Notes under the pieces: model-generated
What the model was told of the DNA's origin: nothing
The model's database searches: none
What the model saw: only the letters and a program-made list of their open reading frames with translations
Source: Burkholderiales bacterium
Lineage (GTDB): Bacteria > Pseudomonadota > Gammaproteobacteria > Burkholderiales > Ga0077523
Reading direction: 5' to 3'
Length of the DNA stretch: 42,314 nt
Assembly: GCA_044370825.1 (NCBI GenBank)
Contig: JBILUV010000002.1
Location: 1-42,314 of the forward strand
Shown here: positions 1 to 9,646 of the stretch, one piece after another
How positions within the stretch are numbered: the first letter of the stretch is position 1
Layout: each line of letters starts with the position of its first letter
Program-made: the position numbers and the translations under genes

Positions 1-788
1 GTGTAGAAGTGCAGGCCGGGTGCACCATCCCGGAGAAGGTCGTCGCACAGGCGGGTCACGACGTCGAGGCCGAAGGCTCGGATCGATGCCGAGTCGTCGC
101 CGTAGCCTTCCAGCCGTTTGCGAATCCAGCGCGGGATCTCGGCCCCGCATGCGTCCGAAAACCGCGCCAGCTGCGTGTAGCGCGTGATGGGCATGATGCC
201 CGGGACAATCGGGATGGTGACGCCCAGGGACGCGCATCGATCCACGAAGCTCGCATAGGCATCGCGGTTGTAGAAATACTGAGTGATGGCCGCGTTGGCC
301 CCCGCTTCCACCTTGGCCTTGAAGTGCATCAGATCGTCATCTGCCGAACGTGCCTGTGGATGTACTTCGGGGTAGGCCGCAACCTCGATACGGAATACGT
401 CGCCGTAGCTCTCGCGCAGAAAGGCCACCAGATCCGCGGCGAAGCGGAACTCGCCGATCTCCACCATGCCCGAGGGCAGGTCGCCCCGCAGTGCCACGAT
501 GCGCCCAATGCCGAGCGTTCGGTACTCGTCCAGCAGTTCGCGCGTGCCGGCACGGCTCGCGGCAACGCAGGACAGGTGTGGCGCAACGTCGATGCCGCGT
601 CGTTGAAGGCAGTGCACCACCCCGAGGGTTCTTTCCCGGGTGGAGCCGCCCGCACCGTAGGTGACCGACATGTACTCCGGTCCAAGCTGCATCAACTGAC
701 TCACCGTCACCTCGAGTTTCGCCATGCCTTCCGGCGTCTGAGGTGGGAATAGCTCGCAGGAGAACTGTCTTGCTGCCGAAGAATGCAT
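1..788 (-). CDS. metF: 5,10-methylenetetrahydrofolate reductase (MetF); C-terminal end runs off the window
   Basis: Absent from the ORF track because it has no stop in the window. My minus-strand translation from the ATG (plus-strand CAT 786-788) reads MHSSAARQFSCELFPPQTPEGMAKLEVTVSQLMQLGPEYMSVTYGAGGSTRERT...VALRGDLP...AAYPEVHPQA...ITQYFYNRDAY...PIVPGIMPI, which is MetF-like. It lies 50 nt downstream of ahcY. The + ORF 9..752 is its antisense shadow. Confidence 0.85.
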   Translation of the reverse strand, partial: MHSSAARQFSCELFPPQTPEGMAKLEVTVSQLMQLGPEYMSVTYGAGGSTRERTLGVVHCLQRRGIDVAPHLSCVAASRAGTRELLDEYRTLGIGRIVALRGDLPSGMVEIGEFRFAADLVAFLRESYGDVFRIEVAAYPEVHPQARSADDDLMHFKAKVEAGANAAITQYFYNRDAYASFVDRCASLGVTIPIVPGIMPITRYTQLARFSDACGAEIPRWIRKRLEGYGDDSASIRAFGLDVVTRLCDDLLRDGAPGLHFY

Positions 789-838
789 CGGTGTGCGCGG
801 GTGGGGTTGGGGGGGATGGGTTGGACGGGGCGGACAGG

Positions 839-2260
839 TCAGTAGCGGTAGAGGTCCGGCTTGTATGGCCCGGACTTCTGAACGCCGATGTAGCGTGCCT
901 GCGCGTCGGTGAGTTCGGTCAGCTGGGCGTTGAGCTTCTTGAGCTGAAGCCGCGCGACCTTTTCGTCGAGGTGCTTGGGCAGGGTGTAGACGCCGATCGG
1001 GTAGTTCGCCGTGTTCTGGAACAATTCGATCTGCGCGATGGTCTGGTTGGCGAACGACGAAGACATCACGTAGCTGGGGTGTCCCGTGCCGCAACCGAGG
1101 TTCACCAGCCGTCCCTTGGCCAGCATGATGATCCGCTTGCCGTCAGGGAAGATCACATGATCCACCTGGGGCTTGATTTCTTCCCACCGGTACTGGGACA
1201 GGGACGCGATGTCGATCTCGTTGTCGAAGTGCCCGATGTTGCAGACGATGGCCTGGTCTTTCATGGCCTTCATGTGCTCGTGTGTGATCACATGGAAATT
1301 ACCGGTCGCGGTGACGAAGATGTCCGCCTTGTCGGCCGCGTAGTCCATGGTCACGACCCGATATCCTTCCATCGCGGCCTGCAGCGCGCAGATGGGATCG
1401 ATTTCCGTCACCCAGACCTGGGCCGAGAGGGCCCGCAGGGCTTGGGCAGACCCCTTGCCCACGTCACCGTAGCCGGCCACAACGGCGATCTTGCCCGCGA
1501 TCATCACGTCGGTGGCGCGCTTGATGCCATCGACCAGCGACTCGCGGCAGCCGTAGAGATTGTCGAACTTGGACTTGGTGACCGAATCGTTGACGTTGAT
1601 GGCAGGAAACCGGAGCGAACCTTCTGTCGCCATCTGGTAGAGCCGCTTCACACCCGTGGTGGTCTCCTCGGTGACGCCTTTCACATGTGCCAGTCGGGTG
1701 GAGTACCACTTTGGATCGCGCGCCAGGTGCTCGCGGATCGAGGCGAACAGGAATTGCTCCTCCTCGCTGGTCGGGTGGTTCAACACCGAGGCATCGGACT
1801 CCGCCCGCGTCCCGAGATGCAGCAGCAGGGTGGCGTCACCGCCGTCGTCCAGGATCATGTTCGAATAGCCGCCATCGGGCCATTCGAAGATGCGATGGGT
1901 GTAGTCCCAATATTCGGCGAGCGTTTCGCCCTTCACGGCGAACACCGGTGTGCCCTGGACGGCAATCGCGGCTGCGGAGTGATCCTGTGTGGAGAAGATA
2001 TTGCACGACGCCCAGCGCACGTCGGCGCCCAGCGCCTGGAGCGTTTCGATCAGGACAGCGGTCTGGATCGTCATGTGGAGCGATCCGGTGATGCGGGCGC
2101 CGCGCAGAGGGTGCTGGCTGGCGAATTCCTCACGGATGGCCATCAGGCCGGGCATCTCCGTCTCGGCTATGCGGATTTCCTTGCGACCCCAGTCGGCAAG
2201 GGACAGATCTGCCACGACGTAGTCGGGCGCGGCGGGCTTGAGCTTGGATACAACGGACAT
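839..2260 (-). CDS. ahcY: Adenosylhomocysteinase (S-adenosyl-L-homocysteine hydrolase)
   Basis: ORF 839..2359(-). The family-typical N-terminus [46 protein letters not shown] starts at the internal ATG (CAT 2258-2260), preceded by AGGAG. NAD-binding GYGDVGKG motif present. Full-length AhcY-like sequence. Confidence 0.95.
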   Translation of the reverse strand: MSVVSKLKPAAPDYVVADLSLADWGRKEIRIAETEMPGLMAIREEFASQHPLRGARITGSLHMTIQTAVLIETLQALGADVRWASCNIFSTQDHSAAAIAVQGTPVFAVKGETLAEYWDYTHRIFEWPDGGYSNMILDDGGDATLLLHLGTRAESDASVLNHPTSEEEQFLFASIREHLARDPKWYSTRLAHVKGVTEETTTGVKRLYQMATEGSLRFPAINVNDSVTKSKFDNLYGCRESLVDGIKRATDVMIAGKIAVVAGYGDVGKGSAQALRALSAQVWVTEIDPICALQAAMEGYRVVTMDYAADKADIFVTATGNFHVITHEHMKAMKDQAIVCNIGHFDNEIDIASLSQYRWEEIKPQVDHVIFPDGKRIIMLAKGRLVNLGCGTGHPSYVMSSSFANQTIAQIELFQNTANYPIGVYTLPKHLDEKVARLQLKKLNAQLTELTDAQARYIGVQKSGPYKPDLYRY

Positions 2261-2340
2261 GGTCACTCCTGGTCGAGGGACCAACGCGGGGAGGGGGCAA
2301 GGATCATTCGAACGCTCGTCTCCCGTGTGCTGGTCACGGA

Positions 2341-2418
2341 TCAACGAGCGCCGTTGCAAAGGCCTGAAAGGCCGTCCCGAGCCTGGCGGGTCGACACCCG
2401 TTGCAACGCTCCTCGGAA
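2341..2418 (-). promoter_or_regulatory. SAH riboswitch (S-adenosylhomocysteine-sensing, Rfam SAH_riboswitch class) in the ahcY leader
   Basis: Minus strand reads UUCCGAGGAGCGUUGCAACGGGUGUCGACCCGCCAGGCUCGGGACGGCCUUUCAGGCCUUUGCAACGGCGCUCGUUGA. It contains the conserved GAGGAGCG...CAGGCUCGG...CAACGGCGCUC blocks and the expected pairings. Located about 80 nt upstream of the ahcY start, the canonical context. Confidence 0.8.
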
Positions 2419-2487
2419 CAGAATCGAAAATGATATGCGAAAAAGTCCTTCGGAGAAAGCAAAGGGCATGCGCGCATGGCGCCGACG

Positions 2488-2516
2488 TTGCTGCAATGCA
2501 CCACCTGGCGTATCAT
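2488..2516 (+). promoter_or_regulatory. Putative sigma70-type promoter for the DEAD-box helicase gene (TTGCTG-N17-TATCAT)
   Basis: TTGCTG at 2488-2493, a 17-nt spacer, TATCAT at 2511-2516. Implies a leader of about 160 nt before the ATG at 2687. Sequence pattern only. Confidence 0.35.
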
Positions 2517-2686
2517 CTTCATTCCGACAGCGAATTGCCATTTCGGCTCTCGCATGTCAGGTATTCATCGGCTCTGACTCCGACCCCCGCAGGATGGGGA
2601 GTCTCTGGTTGGCGGCGATGCCGTCGCCACCTTGAGCGACTCACCCCGGCGACGTCGTCGCCGGCACCTGTTGTCCGGAGATTCTC

Positions 2687-4021
2687 ATGTTGACGAATGA
2701 TGGCGCCTCGAGCGAGAGCGCCCAGACTGGTTTTTCCTCCCTCGGCCTGCACGATGCCCTCCTGAAGGCGCTCGAAGAGGCAGGCTACCGCCAGCCGACG
2801 CCGGTGCAGACCGCGACCATCCCTGCGGCCATCGAAGGCGCAGACCTGATGGTGTGTTCCGCAACGGGCAGTGGCAAGACGGCGGCCTTCGTTTTGCCTG
2901 CCCTCCAGCGGATGTCGGATGGCGCCCGTCGCACCGGCGCTGGTGGCGGGCCGCGCATGCTGGTGCTCGCCCCGACCCGCGAGCTGGTAATGCAAGTGGC
3001 CAAGGCCTGTGAAACGTATGGACGCTTCTTCAAGTGGTTGCGTGTGGCCACGGTCGTGGGTGGAGTTCCCTATGGTGCCCAGATCAAGGCCATCCGCGGC
3101 AGCCTTGACATCCTCGTGGCCACTCCGGGCCGTCTGATCGATCACCTGGAAAGCGGACGCCTGAATCTGTCCAACGTCGAAGTCCTGGTACTCGATGAGG
3201 CGGACCGGATGCTCGACATGGGATTCATCGAAGACATTCAGCGCATCGCCCAAGCCACGCCGCGCACGCGGCAGACCGTGCTGTTCTCCGCCACCCTGGG
3301 CGGTCGGATTGCCGCTCTGGGCGCTGAGCTGCTTCGGCAGCCGCGCCGCATCGAGCTGGAGTCGCACCGGGATCGCCACGAGAACATCAGCCAGAGGCTC
3401 CACTGGGCCGACAGCCGGTCGCACAAGGAACGTATCCTCGATCGCCTTCTTGGCGACCCGGACATCGATCAGGCGATCGTATTCACTTCCACGCAGCAGG
3501 ATGCGGAACGGGTGGCTGCGCAGCTGGCCGAGGATGGACATGCGGTCGCACCCCTGCACGGTGGCATGCCGCAGGGCGTCAGAAACCGCACCCTCAACGC
3601 GTTGCGCCAGCGGCGCCTGCGCGTTCTGGTGGCCACCGATGTAGCCGCGCGCGGCATCGACGTGCCGAGCATCAGTCACGTCATCAACTACGGGCTGCCG
3701 ATCAGTGCGGAGGACTACGTGCACCGCATCGGGCGGACCGGCCGCGCCGGGCGTTCGGGTTTGGCCATCACTCTTGCCCAGCCGGAAGACGCCCACAAGA
3801 TCCGGCAGATCGAGCGGTTCACCGCGCAACGCCTGCCGGCTAGCACTCTGGAGGGACTCGAACCTCGGGCACGGCCTGCCGTCATGCCGACGAGGACGGG
3901 GAATGGACGGCCGGGTGCAGCGCGTCGTCCGGATGGCCGCGGAGCCGGACATCGGGACGGCACCTCACGCGGCGCGCCAAAGCAGACCGGCGCACCGCAG
4001 CGTGCCCGTCGGGGTGTTTAG
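2687..4021 (+). CDS. rhlE: DEAD-box ATP-dependent RNA helicase (RhlE-like) with a basic Arg/Gly-rich C-terminal tail
   Basis: Q-motif GYRQPTPVQ, Walker A ATGSGKTAAF, DEAD (VLDEADRMLDMGF), SAT, HRIGRTGRAG. GGAG lies 7 nt upstream of the ATG. Confidence 0.9.
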   Translation: MLTNDGASSESAQTGFSSLGLHDALLKALEEAGYRQPTPVQTATIPAAIEGADLMVCSATGSGKTAAFVLPALQRMSDGARRTGAGGGPRMLVLAPTRELVMQVAKACETYGRFFKWLRVATVVGGVPYGAQIKAIRGSLDILVATPGRLIDHLESGRLNLSNVEVLVLDEADRMLDMGFIEDIQRIAQATPRTRQTVLFSATLGGRIAALGAELLRQPRRIELESHRDRHENISQRLHWADSRSHKERILDRLLGDPDIDQAIVFTSTQQDAERVAAQLAEDGHAVAPLHGGMPQGVRNRTLNALRQRRLRVLVATDVAARGIDVPSISHVINYGLPISAEDYVHRIGRTGRAGRSGLAITLAQPEDAHKIRQIERFTAQRLPASTLEGLEPRARPAVMPTRTGNGRPGAARRPDGRGAGHRDGTSRGAPKQTGAPQRARRGV

Positions 4022-4094
4022 CCTCCGTATTCCTCCGGCAACTGGATGATGGCGAGGCAGCCTCCGGGCGCCGCCTCCGCCTGCCGGATTCAGC

Positions 4095-4127
4095 GGCGAA
4101 CACCGAACCCGCCCCGCGCGGTGCGCC
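4095..4127. terminator. GC-rich hairpin between the convergent helicase and metK genes (candidate bidirectional terminator)
   Basis: GAACCCGCCC (4095-4104) pairs perfectly with GGGCGGGTTC (4118-4127). The 13-nt loop contains a further GCGC/GCGC pairing. No clear U-tract on either strand. Confidence 0.45.
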
Positions 4128-4140
4128 GGGCGGGTTCGCC

Positions 4141-5304
4141 TCAGAGCCCGGCGTCGTCCCGCAGTGCTTGGGCCTTGTCCGTGGCCTCCCAGGTGAACTC
4201 GGGCTCATCTCGGCCGAAGTGCCCATAGGCTGCGGTGCGCGTGTAGATCGGGCGCAGCAGGTCGAGCATCTGGACGATGCCCTTCGGCCGCAGGTCGAAA
4301 TGCCGTTCCAGAAGCGCGGCAATCCGGTCGTCCGGCAGCTTGCCCGTGCCATAGGTGCTGACCATGACACTGGTGGGCCGGGCGATGCCGATGGCGTAGG
4401 AGACCTGCACGAGGCATCTGGTGGCCAGCCCGGCCGCCACGATGTTCTTCGCCACGTAGCGCGCGGCATAGGCGGCTGAGCGATCCACCTTCGAGGGATC
4501 CTTGCCCGAAAATGCTCCGCCACCGTGGGGCGCGGCACCTCCGTAGGTATCGACGATGATCTTGCGCCCCGTGAGGCCACAGTCACCATGCGGCCCGCCG
4601 ATCACGAACTTGCCCGTCGGGTTGACCAGGTACCGGACCTCGCCCTTGATGAGGTCTTTGGGCAGGACCGGCTTGATGATGTGCTCGATGACCGCTTCCT
4701 GGATCTGGGCGTGCGACATCTCCGGCGCGTGCTGGGTGGACAGCACCACGGTGTCTATGGCCACCGGTCTGTTGTCGGCATAGCGGATGGTGACCTGAGA
4801 CTTCGCGTCTGGGCGCAGCCAGGGCAGTCTGCCGTCCTTGCGGAGTTCGGACTGCCGCTCCATCAGCCGGTGCGACAGGTAGATGGCCATGGGCATGAGT
4901 TGCGGGGTCTCGTCGCAGGCATAGCCGAACATTAGCCCCTGGTCGCCCGCACCCTGGTCCAGGTCCAGGCCCTGACCCTCGTTGACGCCCTGCGCGATGT
5001 CCGGCGACTGCTTGTCATACGCGACGAGCACGGCGCAGCCCCGGTAGTCGATGCCGTAGTCGGTGTTGTCGTAGCCGATACGCTTGATGGTGTCACGTGC
5101 CACTTGTTGGTAATCGACCGTGGCACGGGTGGTGATCTCGCCGGCCATCACCACCAGACCGGTGTTGACCAGGGTCTCCGCCGCGACGCGCGAGTACCTG
5201 TCCTGGGATAAGATGGCATCCAGCACGGCGTCGGAAATCTGATCCGCCACCTTGTCCGGATGCCCTTCCGAAACCGATTCCGAAGTGAATAAGAACTCGC
5301 TCAT
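4141..5304 (-). CDS. metK: S-adenosylmethionine synthetase (methionine adenosyltransferase)
   Basis: ORF 4141..5430(-). The conserved N-terminus [25 protein letters not shown] begins at the internal ATG (CAT 5302-5304). GGGAFSGKD motif present. Confidence 0.95.
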   Translation of the reverse strand: MSEFLFTSESVSEGHPDKVADQISDAVLDAILSQDRYSRVAAETLVNTGLVVMAGEITTRATVDYQQVARDTIKRIGYDNTDYGIDYRGCAVLVAYDKQSPDIAQGVNEGQGLDLDQGAGDQGLMFGYACDETPQLMPMAIYLSHRLMERQSELRKDGRLPWLRPDAKSQVTIRYADNRPVAIDTVVLSTQHAPEMSHAQIQEAVIEHIIKPVLPKDLIKGEVRYLVNPTGKFVIGGPHGDCGLTGRKIIVDTYGGAAPHGGGAFSGKDPSKVDRSAAYAARYVAKNIVAAGLATRCLVQVSYAIGIARPTSVMVSTYGTGKLPDDRIAALLERHFDLRPKGIVQMLDLLRPIYTRTAAYGHFGRDEPEFTWEATDKAQALRDDAGL

Positions 5305-5387
5305 CAGCGCGAACCTTAGATAGGTTTGTGGAACAGGGAAACCGGAGGAGAGTAGCAGATTCCCCGCCAGCCCCGATAGCAGAGCCG

Positions 5388-6263
5388 ATGATCCTCCGAG
5401 TACTGCTGCAAGCCACCGCACTGTTGCCACTGGGCGTACTGCATTTCGCCGGCGCAGCGGTCGGCCGCATGACGCGCAGGCTGTCGCCCCGGTTCAGACG
5501 CCTGCTGTCGGAAAATCTCGCCCTCAGCGGACTCGCGCCGGACCCTGGCCTGGCGCGCGAACGCATGGAGCGCCGCGTTGCGGCCGAGATCGGCAAAGGG
5601 CTCCTCGAGTTGCCCGCCGTGTGGTTTCGGTCCCCTCGGCGGGTCGAGCGGCTCGTGGTCGATGCCGGCGAGTGGCGGCTGGTGGACGAGGCCCTGCGTG
5701 ACGGCCGGGGGTTGTTGTTATTGACCCCCCATCTGGGCTGTTTCGAGATCGCCGCCACCTATGCGGCCCTGCGCCTCCCGCTGACCGTCCTCTACAGGCC
5801 GCCCAAGTTGTCGTGGCTGGAGCCACTGATGCGCGCTGCCCGCACGCGCGGTCAGGGCCGCGTCGCTCCCACCTCACTGGCCGGGGTCCGGCGTCTGCTC
5901 AAGGCCCTCAGATCGGGCGAGGCTGTGGGCGTCCTGCCGGATCAGGTGCCGGGCTTCGGAGAAGGGGCGTGGGCCCCTTTCTTCGGCCGCATGGCCTACA
6001 CCATGACCTTGATTGGTCGACTGCAGAAAGCGACAGGCTGTGCCGTGATCCTCGCCTGCAGTCACCGGCTGCCGGGTGGTCGCGGGTTCCGCCTGGAATT
6101 CGAGGCGGTCGCCGAGGATCTTGATGGGCCGGAGGGCCCGGCGCGACTGAACCGCGTCGTGGAGCGGGTGATCGGACGCTGCCCCGAGCAGTACCTATGG
6201 TCGTACAACCGCTACAAAGTGCCAGCCGGCGTCATGCCGCCCGCGCAGAGGGAGTCGCGTTGA
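5388..6263 (+). CDS. Lipid A biosynthesis late acyltransferase (LpxL/HtrB family), copy 1
   Basis: ORF 5328..6263. HX4E/D active-site motif in [11 protein letters not shown], and C-terminal [12 protein letters not shown] typical of the LpxL/LpxM family. Start chosen at MILRVLLQ (5388), which gives the N-terminal membrane helix; 5328 is possible. Confidence 0.8.
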   Translation: MILRVLLQATALLPLGVLHFAGAAVGRMTRRLSPRFRRLLSENLALSGLAPDPGLARERMERRVAAEIGKGLLELPAVWFRSPRRVERLVVDAGEWRLVDEALRDGRGLLLLTPHLGCFEIAATYAALRLPLTVLYRPPKLSWLEPLMRAARTRGQGRVAPTSLAGVRRLLKALRSGEAVGVLPDQVPGFGEGAWAPFFGRMAYTMTLIGRLQKATGCAVILACSHRLPGGRGFRLEFEAVAEDLDGPEGPARLNRVVERVIGRCPEQYLWSYNRYKVPAGVMPPAQRESR

Positions 6264-7129
6264 GCGCCCTCGCCATCCGGATCATCCTGGCCCTGATGTG
6301 GATCCTTCATCGGATGCCGCTGTCTCTGCTCGCTCCCCTGGGGAGCAGTCTCGGCATGCTGCTGTTCGCGCTGTCGCGCGAGCGGCGGCTCGTGGCCCGC
6401 ACCAATCTGCGCCTGTGCTTTCCGGCCTGGACAGCGCAAGCCAGGGAGCAGGTCGTGCGGGCCCATTTCAGATGTTTCGGACGCGCGCTGCTCGAATCCT
6501 CGATCGCCTGGTTCGGTTCGGCGAAGCGGCTGCGCCAGGTGGTCCGGCTCGAGGACTGGCATCATGTGCCTGCCGACGGCCGTTTCCTGTTGCTGGTGCC
6601 GCACTTCGTAGCCCTCGATCTCGAAGGGATCCGTCTGAGCCTCGAGTACCGGGGCCTTGCCGTCTACGCGCACCAGAAGAACCGTTCATTCGATGACTTC
6701 CTGCTCAGGGTGCGGTCCCGCTTCGGGGCGCGGATGGTGGCGCGCCAGGAGGGTGTCAAGGCGATCATCCGCGGGGCGAGGGAAGGTTACAGCGTGCAGT
6801 TGTCTCCCGACATGGATCTCGGTCCGAAGGACTCGGTGTTCGTGTCGTTCTTCGGGGTGGCCGCAGCCACCGTGACCGCCCTGCCACGCATCGCCCGCCT
6901 GACCGGGCTGCCGGTGGTCCCCGTCGTGATCCGCCAGCTCGACGGGGCGGAGGGCTACGTGATCCGGGCCTATCCGGCGTGGGACAATTATCCGGCGGCG
7001 GATGTGGAGGCAGACACGCGGCGCATGAACGCCTTCATCGAGGACCGGATCCGCGAGATGCCGGACCAGTACCTCTGGCTGCACAAGCGCTTCAAGACCC
7101 GGCCCGAGGGCGAACCCCGACTCTATTAG
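6260..7129 (+). CDS. Lipid A biosynthesis late acyltransferase (LpxL/LpxM family), copy 2
   Basis: ORF 6197..7129. HX4D motif in LLLVPHFVALDLEG, and PDQYLWLHKRFKTRP at the C-terminus. An in-frame TTG at 6260 overlaps the upstream stop (TTGA), suggesting coupling; the start could be as early as 6197. Confidence 0.8.
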   Translation: MSALAIRIILALMWILHRMPLSLLAPLGSSLGMLLFALSRERRLVARTNLRLCFPAWTAQAREQVVRAHFRCFGRALLESSIAWFGSAKRLRQVVRLEDWHHVPADGRFLLLVPHFVALDLEGIRLSLEYRGLAVYAHQKNRSFDDFLLRVRSRFGARMVARQEGVKAIIRGAREGYSVQLSPDMDLGPKDSVFVSFFGVAAATVTALPRIARLTGLPVVPVVIRQLDGAEGYVIRAYPAWDNYPAADVEADTRRMNAFIEDRIREMPDQYLWLHKRFKTRPEGEPRLY

Positions 7130-7139
7130 AGGAGCGAGC

Positions 7140-7595
7140 TTGTCGTCCAACCCCCCTTTCTCGAATCCGGATGCGGCAAGCCTGTGTCGTGAACTCGCGG
7201 CCGTCAGGGTGATGGCTGTGGTCGGCCTGTCACCCGACGAGAAGCGCCCCAGTCATCGCGTCGCCCGAGCCATGCAGCGATACGGGTTCCGCATCGTTCC
7301 GGTCCGTCCCCGCCTGGACAGCATCCTGGGGGAGAAGGCGGTCGCCGAGCTTCGGGACCTTCCCGGTCCGGTGGACCTGGTCAACGTCTTCCGCCAGGGC
7401 AGTGCCATCGACGACATCGTCGACGCCTGTCTCGCGCTCGGACTGCCCCGCCTCTGGATACAGGAGGGCATCGTCAACAGCCCCGCCGCCCGCCGCGCCG
7501 TGGCGGGCGGCATCTGGACGGTGATGGATCGCTGCATCCTGCGGGACTTCAATGGTCTGTGTGGAGGGAGCCGGGCTGGCTCCACGGCGCAGTGA
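7140..7595 (+). CDS. CoA-binding domain protein (YccU/YneT-like)
   Basis: MAVVGLSPDEKRPSHRVARAMQRYGFRIVPVRP...VDLVNVFR matches the small CoA-binding (Rossmann-like) domain family. TTG start as given in the ORF track. Confidence 0.7.
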   Translation: MSSNPPFSNPDAASLCRELAAVRVMAVVGLSPDEKRPSHRVARAMQRYGFRIVPVRPRLDSILGEKAVAELRDLPGPVDLVNVFRQGSAIDDIVDACLALGLPRLWIQEGIVNSPAARRAVAGGIWTVMDRCILRDFNGLCGGSRAGSTAQ

Positions 7596-8134
7596 GCGAT
7601 GGCGTTCGAATCCGGCCTCTGGAAGCCGCCGACATCCCGGAGTTGCTGGCGCTGGCCCGGGACACCTGGCATGCCCACTACCCTTCCATCATCCCCCTGG
7701 CCCAGATCGATTACATGCTGAACCAGCGATACCAGCCCGAACTGATTTCCGCGGATCTCGACCGCTCGTCGCGTTACTGGGATGTGCTTGAGCGGCTGGG
7801 TCGCCTGATGGCCTTCGCCCAGTACGAGCCTGTCGCGCCCGGCGAGTGCAAGCTCGACAAGCTGTACGTGCGCCATGACGCGCGGCACCAGGGTTTCGGG
7901 TCGCGATTGCTCGCTCACGTCGAGCGCGAGGCCCGGGCGCTCGGGGCGACGAGCCTGTGGCTGCAGGTGAACCGCAATAACGCCCAGGCCATTGCCGCCT
8001 ACCGCCGCAATGGCTTCGACGTGGCGCGGGAGGTGGTGGTCGACATCGGCGGAGGCTTCATGATGGACGACTTCGTGATGTCCAAGGACCTTGGAGCCCC
8101 TGGCACATCGAGGGGGTCGGAGGTGGTTCGATGA
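7592..8134 (+). CDS. GNAT family N-acetyltransferase
   Basis: ORF 7559..8134. An in-frame GTG at 7592 overlaps the upstream stop (GTGA). The sequence [17 protein letters not shown]...[55 protein letters not shown] carries the GNAT acetyl-CoA motif (Q/RxxGxG/A). Confidence 0.8.
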   Translation: MSDGVRIRPLEAADIPELLALARDTWHAHYPSIIPLAQIDYMLNQRYQPELISADLDRSSRYWDVLERLGRLMAFAQYEPVAPGECKLDKLYVRHDARHQGFGSRLLAHVEREARALGATSLWLQVNRNNAQAIAAYRRNGFDVAREVVVDIGGGFMMDDFVMSKDLGAPGTSRGSEVVR

Positions 8135-8967
8135 GGCTGCGTTTCACCAAGATGCAGGGCGCTGGCAACGATTTCGTGGTCATAGACGCCACGGCTGAGC
8201 CGTTCGCCCTGAGACCGGACCAGCTTCGCTTTCTGGCGGATCGCCGCTTCGGTGTCGGCTGCGACCAGATTCTCGTGGTCGAACCCCCTGACTCCCGTGA
8301 TACCGACTTCCGTTATCGCATCTTCAATGCCGATGGCGGAGAGGTGCAGCAGTGCGGCAACGGAGCGCGCTGCTTCGTGCGCTTCGTCCACGACCGTGGC
8401 CTCACCGACCGGTCCGAGATCCGGGTCGGCACGGCCGCCGGAGTCATTGTTCCGCGGCTCGAGGCCGATGGCAGTGTCACGGTGAACATGGGCGCCCCCA
8501 TCCTCGAACCCGCCAGGGTGCCGTTTCTCGCGGAACATCGTGCCCCCGTGCACGTTCTGGACGTGAGCGGAAAGAGGCTCGAGATCGGGGTGGTGTCGAT
8601 GGGCAATCCGCATGCCGTGCTTCTGGTCGACGACGTCGACACGGCCGCTGTCGAAGTGCTCGGGCCTGCCATCGAAAGCCATGCGCGGTTCCCTGAACGG
8701 GTGAACGCCGGCTTCATGCAGGTGCTCGACAGACATCGGATCCGCCTGCGGGTGTACGAGCGTGGCGCCGGCGAGACTCTGGCCTGCGGCACCGGCGCCT
8801 GCGCCGCGGTGGTATCGGGCGTCCTGCGCGGACTGCTTGACAGCCCGGTGACCGTGTTCGCCCGGGGCGGCGGGCTGCTGATCCGTTGGGCTGGCGAAGG
8901 GCAGCCCGTCCTCATGACCGGGCCGGCCGTTCGCGTGTTCGACGGCGAACTGGACTTGCCCGGCTGA
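8131..8967 (+). CDS. dapF: Diaminopimelate epimerase
   Basis: [20 protein letters not shown], with catalytic Cys motifs CGNGARCF and ACGTGACA. ATGA overlap with the GNAT stop. Confidence 0.95.
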   Translation: MRLRFTKMQGAGNDFVVIDATAEPFALRPDQLRFLADRRFGVGCDQILVVEPPDSRDTDFRYRIFNADGGEVQQCGNGARCFVRFVHDRGLTDRSEIRVGTAAGVIVPRLEADGSVTVNMGAPILEPARVPFLAEHRAPVHVLDVSGKRLEIGVVSMGNPHAVLLVDDVDTAAVEVLGPAIESHARFPERVNAGFMQVLDRHRIRLRVYERGAGETLACGTGACAAVVSGVLRGLLDSPVTVFARGGGLLIRWAGEGQPVLMTGPAVRVFDGELDLPG

Positions 8968-8989
8968 ATCCACAACCACAGGAAAACCC

Positions 8990-9646
8990 ATGCGACTCAG
9001 CGCAGATGAAGTGGCGCAATACCTCAAGGATCATCCCGAGTTCTTCGACGAATACTCGGACATGCTCGCCGAGATCTACGTCCCCCACCCCCTCGGAGGA
9101 CGGGCCATCCCGATCGCCGAGCGCCAGATCGTGACGCTGCGTGACCGCAACCGCCTGCTCGAGGAGAAGCTGAGGGAGTTCGTGCATTTCGGCCAGAAGA
9201 ACGACACGACCATGGACCGCATGCACCGGGTGACCCTGGGGATCATCGCCGCCCCCGACTTCGGGGCTGCGGTGAGCGCGTTGAGCGCGAGCCTGCGGGA
9301 CGACTTCGGCATTCCTGCCTTCGCTCTGCGGCTTTGGAAGGACGGTGAGGACTGCTGCGGCCTGGGGGCTGCCGGTCCCGAAGCGCGCGCGTTCGCCGAG
9401 AGCCTGGCCGAGCCGTACTTCAGCGCCGCCCCGATGTTCGAGACGCTCGGCTGGTTCTCGCACGATGGTCCGGCCCTCGCTTCCTTCGGTTACGTCGCGC
9501 TGCATGCCGGCGCCGTGTCGGGGGTGCTGGCCATGGGTTCGGAGGATCCGGAGCGATTCCGTCCGGACATGGGGGCGCTGTATCTGACGCGGCTGGCCGA
9601 GATGATCGGTGAGGCGCTGCGTCGCTGCCTGCCCGCAGCGGCCTGA
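8990..9646 (+). CDS. DUF484 family protein (conserved dapF-xerC spacer gene)
   Basis: The N-terminus VAQYLKDHPEFFDEY...IAERQIVTLRDRNRLLE is typical of DUF484. The classic dapF-DUF484-xerC synteny is present. Confidence 0.8.
   Translation: MRLSADEVAQYLKDHPEFFDEYSDMLAEIYVPHPLGGRAIPIAERQIVTLRDRNRLLEEKLREFVHFGQKNDTTMDRMHRVTLGIIAAPDFGAAVSALSASLRDDFGIPAFALRLWKDGEDCCGLGAAGPEARAFAESLAEPYFSAAPMFETLGWFSHDGPALASFGYVALHAGAVSGVLAMGSEDPERFRPDMGALYLTRLAEMIGEALRRCLPAAA

Noticed and set aside
9-752. 247-aa + strand ORF at the left edge
   Set aside because: Its sequence is Arg/Ala/His-rich nonsense. The opposite strand translates into an unmistakable MetF sequence, so this is an antisense shadow ORF.
743-2635. 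630-aa + strand ORF overlapping ahcY
   Set aside because: It is the antisense shadow of ahcY in a high-GC genome. It has no recognisable motifs and would run through the SAH riboswitch.
2519-3952. 477-aa minus-strand ORF opposite the DEAD-box helicase
   Set aside because: Shadow ORF. The helicase on the + strand has every canonical motif, and this one has none.
5305-5387. Possible SAM riboswitch in the metK leader
   Set aside because: Only 83 nt are available, shared with the divergent acyltransferase gene. I recognise no SAM-I, SAM-II, SAM-V or SAM/SAH core sequences there.
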